The position numbers were made by a program, and so were the translations under genes. The notes beneath the pieces were generated by a model. It searched no databases. It saw only the letters and a program-made list of their open reading frames with translations, and was not told the origin of the DNA. A DNA stretch of 32,000 bases, taken from positions 90,001 through 122,000 of the forward strand of contig NZ_CP045876.1 of NCBI RefSeq assembly GCF_020541245.1, given 5' to 3'. This document shows, piece after piece, positions 28,942 to 32,000 of the stretch (the first letter of the stretch is position 1; each line of letters opens with the position of its first letter). This DNA is from Candidatus Annandia pinicola (GTDB taxonomy: Bacteria > Pseudomonadota > Gammaproteobacteria > Enterobacterales > Enterobacteriaceae_A).

Positions 28942-28988
28942 TTTTTTATATTTATTTATTTTTTTTATATTTTAAATTTAAAAAAAAA

Positions 28989-30311
28989 TTATATTATTTC
29001 TCCTCTTAAAGAATGAGGTTTTATACCAGTTATTTTTAAATAAATAAATTTACCTATCATTTTATTATTTCCTGAAAAATTAACTATTCTATTATTTTCA
29101 GTTCTTCCTGATAATTTTAAATTATTTTTTTTTGATATACCTTCAACTAATACTTTTTGAATACTACCTAACATTCTACGACTCCAAGATATAGTTTGTT
29201 GGTTAATTCTATTTTGTAATATATATAATCTATTTTTTTTTTCTTTAAGACTTACGTTATCTTTAAATTCAGAAGCAGGAGTTCCAGGTCTTGGTGAATA
29301 AATAAAACTAAAACTTGCATCAAAATTTATGTCATTTATTAATTTCATTGTATCTTCAAAATCACTTTTAGTTTCACCAGGAAATCCTATTATAAAATCA
29401 GAACTTATTTGTATATTAGGTCTAATTGAAGTTATTTTTTTTATTATATTTTTATATTCTTCAACTGTATATAAACGTTGCATTAATTCTAATATCTTAT
29501 TAGAACCACTTTGTACTGGTAGATGTAAAAAATTTACTATTTTTGGTATATATTCATATGCTTCTATAATATCTTCTGTAAATTCAATAGGATGACTAGT
29601 TAAAAATCTAATTCTTTCTATACCATTAATATTTGATATTAAATGTAATAATGATGAAAAGTTACATATTTTACCATCATTTTTTTTACCTTTATATGCA
29701 TTAACATTTTGTCCTAATAAATTAACTTCTTTAACACCATTTTTAGATAAAAAAACAATTTCTCTTATTATATCATCACATGGTCTACTTATTTCAAAAC
29801 CTCTTGTATAAGGAACTATACAAAAAGTACAATATTTATTACATCCTTCCATAATTGATATTAAAGCTGTAGATTTAAAGTTTTTTTTAAAATTAAAATA
29901 ATAATCAAATTTTTTTATTTTACCAAAATTTATTTTTATTACAGTTTTATTATTTTTTAAAAAATTATCTATCATATTAGGTAAATCATGTATATTCTGT
30001 GGTCCAAATATAATATTTACATATTTAGCTCTTTTTAATATTTCTTCACCTTCTTGTGAAGCAACACAACCACCAACACAAATAATAATTTTGGGATTTT
30101 TTTTTTTTATTTTTTTCCATCTTCCTAATTGATGAAAAACTTTTTCTTGAGATTTATCTCTTATAGAACATGTATTTAAAATTAATATGTCAGCTTCTAA
30201 ATCTATTTTAGTAATCAAATATTTTTTTTTATTCAAAATATTTATTATTTTAGAGGAATCATACACATTCATTTGACAACCCCAAGTTTTAATATATAGT
30301 TTTTTAATCAT
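28989..30311 (-). CDS. miaB: tRNA-i6A37 methylthiotransferase MiaB (radical SAM)
   Basis: 440 aa. [44 protein letters not shown], and a C-terminal TRAM-like region. Confidence 0.94.
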   Translation of the reverse strand: MIKKLYIKTWGCQMNVYDSSKIINILNKKKYLITKIDLEADILILNTCSIRDKSQEKVFHQLGRWKKIKKKNPKIIICVGGCVASQEGEEILKRAKYVNIIFGPQNIHDLPNMIDNFLKNNKTVIKINFGKIKKFDYYFNFKKNFKSTALISIMEGCNKYCTFCIVPYTRGFEISRPCDDIIREIVFLSKNGVKEVNLLGQNVNAYKGKKNDGKICNFSSLLHLISNINGIERIRFLTSHPIEFTEDIIEAYEYIPKIVNFLHLPVQSGSNKILELMQRLYTVEEYKNIIKKITSIRPNIQISSDFIIGFPGETKSDFEDTMKLINDINFDASFSFIYSPRPGTPASEFKDNVSLKEKKNRLYILQNRINQQTISWSRRMLGSIQKVLVEGISKKNNLKLSGRTENNRIVNFSGNNKMIGKFIYLKITGIKPHSLRGEII

Positions 30312-30415
30312 TTATTTTTTTATACATTAATATTATAAATGTTACTTATAATATATTATTTTTTTTAATTAAAAATATAATTATTATATACTAATTATTA
30401 AAAAAACTTATAATA

Positions 30416-30489
30416 TGGCTACGACAGGAATCGAACCTGTGACCTCAGCGTTATGAGTGCTGTGCTCTAACCTTCTGAGCTACGTAGCC
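30416..30489 (-). tRNA. metU: elongator tRNA-Met (anticodon CAU); no encoded CCA; A31.C39 mismatch at the base of the anticodon stem
   Basis: The reverse complement ggctacgtagctcag..ggttagagca-cagca-CT[CAT]AA-cgctg-aggtc-acagg-ttcgatt-cctgt-cgtagcc-a is near-identical in architecture to E. coli metT/metU. Confidence 0.85.
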
Positions 30490-30501
30490 ATAATACAAAC
30501 T

Positions 30502-30573
30502 CTGGGGTACCTGGATTCGAACCAGGGAATGCCGGTATCAAAAACCGGTGCCTTACCACTTGGCTATACCCCA
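30502..30573 (-). tRNA. glnU: tRNA-Gln (anticodon UUG); no encoded CCA
   Basis: The reverse complement tggggtatagccaagtggtaaggcaccggtTT[TTG]ATaccggcattccctggttcgaatccaggtaccccag is almost identical to E. coli tRNA-Gln(UUG). Confidence 0.92.
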
Positions 30574-30581
30574 AAAAAAAA

Positions 30582-30666
30582 TGCGGAGAACGAGATTTGA
30601 ACTCGCATACCTTATAAGGGGTGCCAGATCCTAAATCTGGTGCGTCTACCATTGCGCCATCTCCGC
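30582..30666 (-). tRNA. leuW: tRNA-Leu (anticodon UAG, long variable arm); no encoded CCA
   Basis: The reverse complement gcggagatggcgcaatggtagacgcaccagaTT[TAG]GAtctggc + variable arm + gcgagttcaaatctcgttctccgca resembles E. coli leuW. Confidence 0.88.
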
Positions 30667-30743
30667 TTTATTATAATAAAAAAATATATTATTAAATATT
30701 TATATTATAATAAAATAAAATAAATATAAATATAGGTAAAAAT

Positions 30744-32000
30744 TTGAATAAAACAAAAAATAACTTTATATATAATATTATAACTAAAGATTTGAAAAAA
30801 TGCAAACATAAAAAAATATATACTAGATTTCCCCCAGAACCAAATGGTTATTTACATATTGGTCATGCTAAATCTATATTATTAAATTTTAATATAGCAA
30901 AAAAATTTAATGGAATATGTAATTTAAGATTAGACGATACAAATCCATCTAAAGAAAACAAAAAATATGTTAATTCTATTAAATATGATATTAAATGGTT
31001 AGGATTTAAATTTTATTATGATATATATTATACTTCACAATATTTTTATTTATTATATAAATTTTCTATAAAATTAATTAAAAATGGATTAGCATATATA
31101 GATGAATTAAATAAACATCAAATTAGTAAATATAAAGGTAATTTTAATAATTTAGGTAAAAATAGTCCTTATAGAAAACGAAGTATAAATGAAAATTTAA
31201 TTTTTTTTAAAAAAATGAAAAATGGTTTTTTTAATAATGGTAAAATATCTTTAAGAGCTAAAATAAATATGTTATCTCCTAATATTCTAATGAGAGATCC
31301 TATATTGTATAGAATTAAATTTAATAAACATTATAAAACGAAATATATATGGTGTATATACCCTATGTATGATTTTGCTCATTGTTTATCAGATTATATA
31401 GAAAAAATAACTCATTCTTTATGTACATTAGAATTTCAAGATAATAAAATTTTATATGATTGGTTTTTAAATAATCTTAAAATTTTTAATAAACCTAAAC
31501 AATATGAATTTTCTAGATTAAATATAGAATACAATGTTATTTCTAAAAGAAAGTTGTCAATATTAATTAAAAAAAAAATAATTACAGGATGGGATGATCC
31601 TCGTATAGTCACTTTATCTGGATTACGTAATAGAGGTTACACATCTAATTCTATTTTAAATTTCTGTAATTCTATAGGAGTAACTAGACAAAATAGTTTA
31701 ATTAAAATTTCTTTTTTAGAAAATTTTATTCGTAAAGAATTAAATATAAAATCACAAAGATTAATTGCTGTTTTAAATCCTATTAAAATTATAATAGAAA
31801 ATTTTAATAAAATAAAAGAAAAAATTTTAATTCCAAATCATCCACAAAACAAAAATATGGGTAAAAGAAAATATGTTTTTAGTAAAGAAATATATATTGA
31901 TAATAAAGATTTTAAAGAAAAAAAAACAAATGGTTATAGAGGTTTAACTATAGGTAATAAAGTAAAATTAAGATATTCTTACATTATAAAAGCTAAAAAA
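30744..32000 (+). CDS. glnS: glutaminyl-tRNA synthetase, 5' 419 codons (TTG start; runs off the window end)
   Basis: Manual translation: MNKTKNNFIYNIITKDL...TRFPPEPNGYLHIGHAKS (HIGH)...CNLR.DDTNP..E...Y...I..D..WLGF...GLAYIDEL...GKNSPYR.RS..ENL..F..M..G...G...LRAKI.M.SPN...RDP.LYRIKF..H......W.IYPMYDF.HC.SD.IE.ITHSLCTLEFQDN..LYDW. Collinear with E. coli GlnRS. Not in the ORF track because no stop is reached. Confidence 0.93.
   Translation, partial: MNKTKNNFIYNIITKDLKKCKHKKIYTRFPPEPNGYLHIGHAKSILLNFNIAKKFNGICNLRLDDTNPSKENKKYVNSIKYDIKWLGFKFYYDIYYTSQYFYLLYKFSIKLIKNGLAYIDELNKHQISKYKGNFNNLGKNSPYRKRSINENLIFFKKMKNGFFNNGKISLRAKINMLSPNILMRDPILYRIKFNKHYKTKYIWCIYPMYDFAHCLSDYIEKITHSLCTLEFQDNKILYDWFLNNLKIFNKPKQYEFSRLNIEYNVISKRKLSILIKKKIITGWDDPRIVTLSGLRNRGYTSNSILNFCNSIGVTRQNSLIKISFLENFIRKELNIKSQRLIAVLNPIKIIIENFNKIKEKILIPNHPQNKNMGKRKYVFSKEIYIDNKDFKEKKTNGYRGLTIGNKVKLRYSYIIKAKK

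Noticed and set aside
30467-30652. A 61-aa minus-strand ORF with unusually normal amino-acid composition.
   Set aside because: It is a translation through the tRNA-Leu/Gln/Met genes, the only GC-normal DNA in the window. It is not a protein gene.
1-32000. CRISPR arrays, IS elements or transposases, prophage or integrase genes, toxin-antitoxin or other defence systems, and secondary-metabolite clusters.
   Set aside because: Every ORF of meaningful length is accounted for by a conserved housekeeping gene. The spacers are at most about 210 bp. No direct-repeat/spacer architecture or terminal inverted repeats were seen. I found no candidate novel multi-gene system in this window.

Overview
This window is extremely AT-rich (by eye well under 25% G+C), with K/N/I-rich proteins and many long poly(A) runs. 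It is gene-dense and looks like part of a highly reduced Enterobacterales-derived gammaproteobacterial obligate endosymbiont chromosome, similar in style to Buchnera, Blochmannia or Wigglesworthia. The exact taxon cannot be determined from this sequence. I can support 30 housekeeping CDS plus 4 tRNA genes: glyS(3' part), nadK, grpE, ung, lepA, rnc, era, acpS, tadA, glyA, iscS, iscU, hscB, hscA, fdx, rlmN, hisS, der, dapA, dapE, ligA, folD, cysS, tRNA-Arg(UCU), lipA, lipB, holA, leuS, ybeY, miaB, tRNA-Leu/Gln/Met and glnS(5' part). Gene order matches two E. coli K-12 neighbourhoods as I recall them, with intervening genes deleted. I see no mobile elements, CRISPR arrays, defence or toxin systems, or horizontally acquired islands. 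The observations worth a second look concern decoding rather than gene content. (1) TGA occurs in-frame inside two otherwise pristine conserved genes: ung, exactly at a conserved Trp position, and tadA. All 29 readable terminators are TAA. This suggests UGA read-through or UGA-to-Trp reassignment, versus very recent nonsense mutations. (2) glyA carries a single extra base at a CCC-AGG context, but both halves are intact. (3) holA is a full-length open frame with no ATG/GTG/TTG start. Other points are domain-level truncations (HscA lid, LigA BRCT), a stripped-down isc operon, in-frame poly(A) tracts of 14-17 nt, and tRNA genes lacking an encoded CCA. All homology statements rest on my recollection of E. 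coli protein sequences and motifs. No database search was run.
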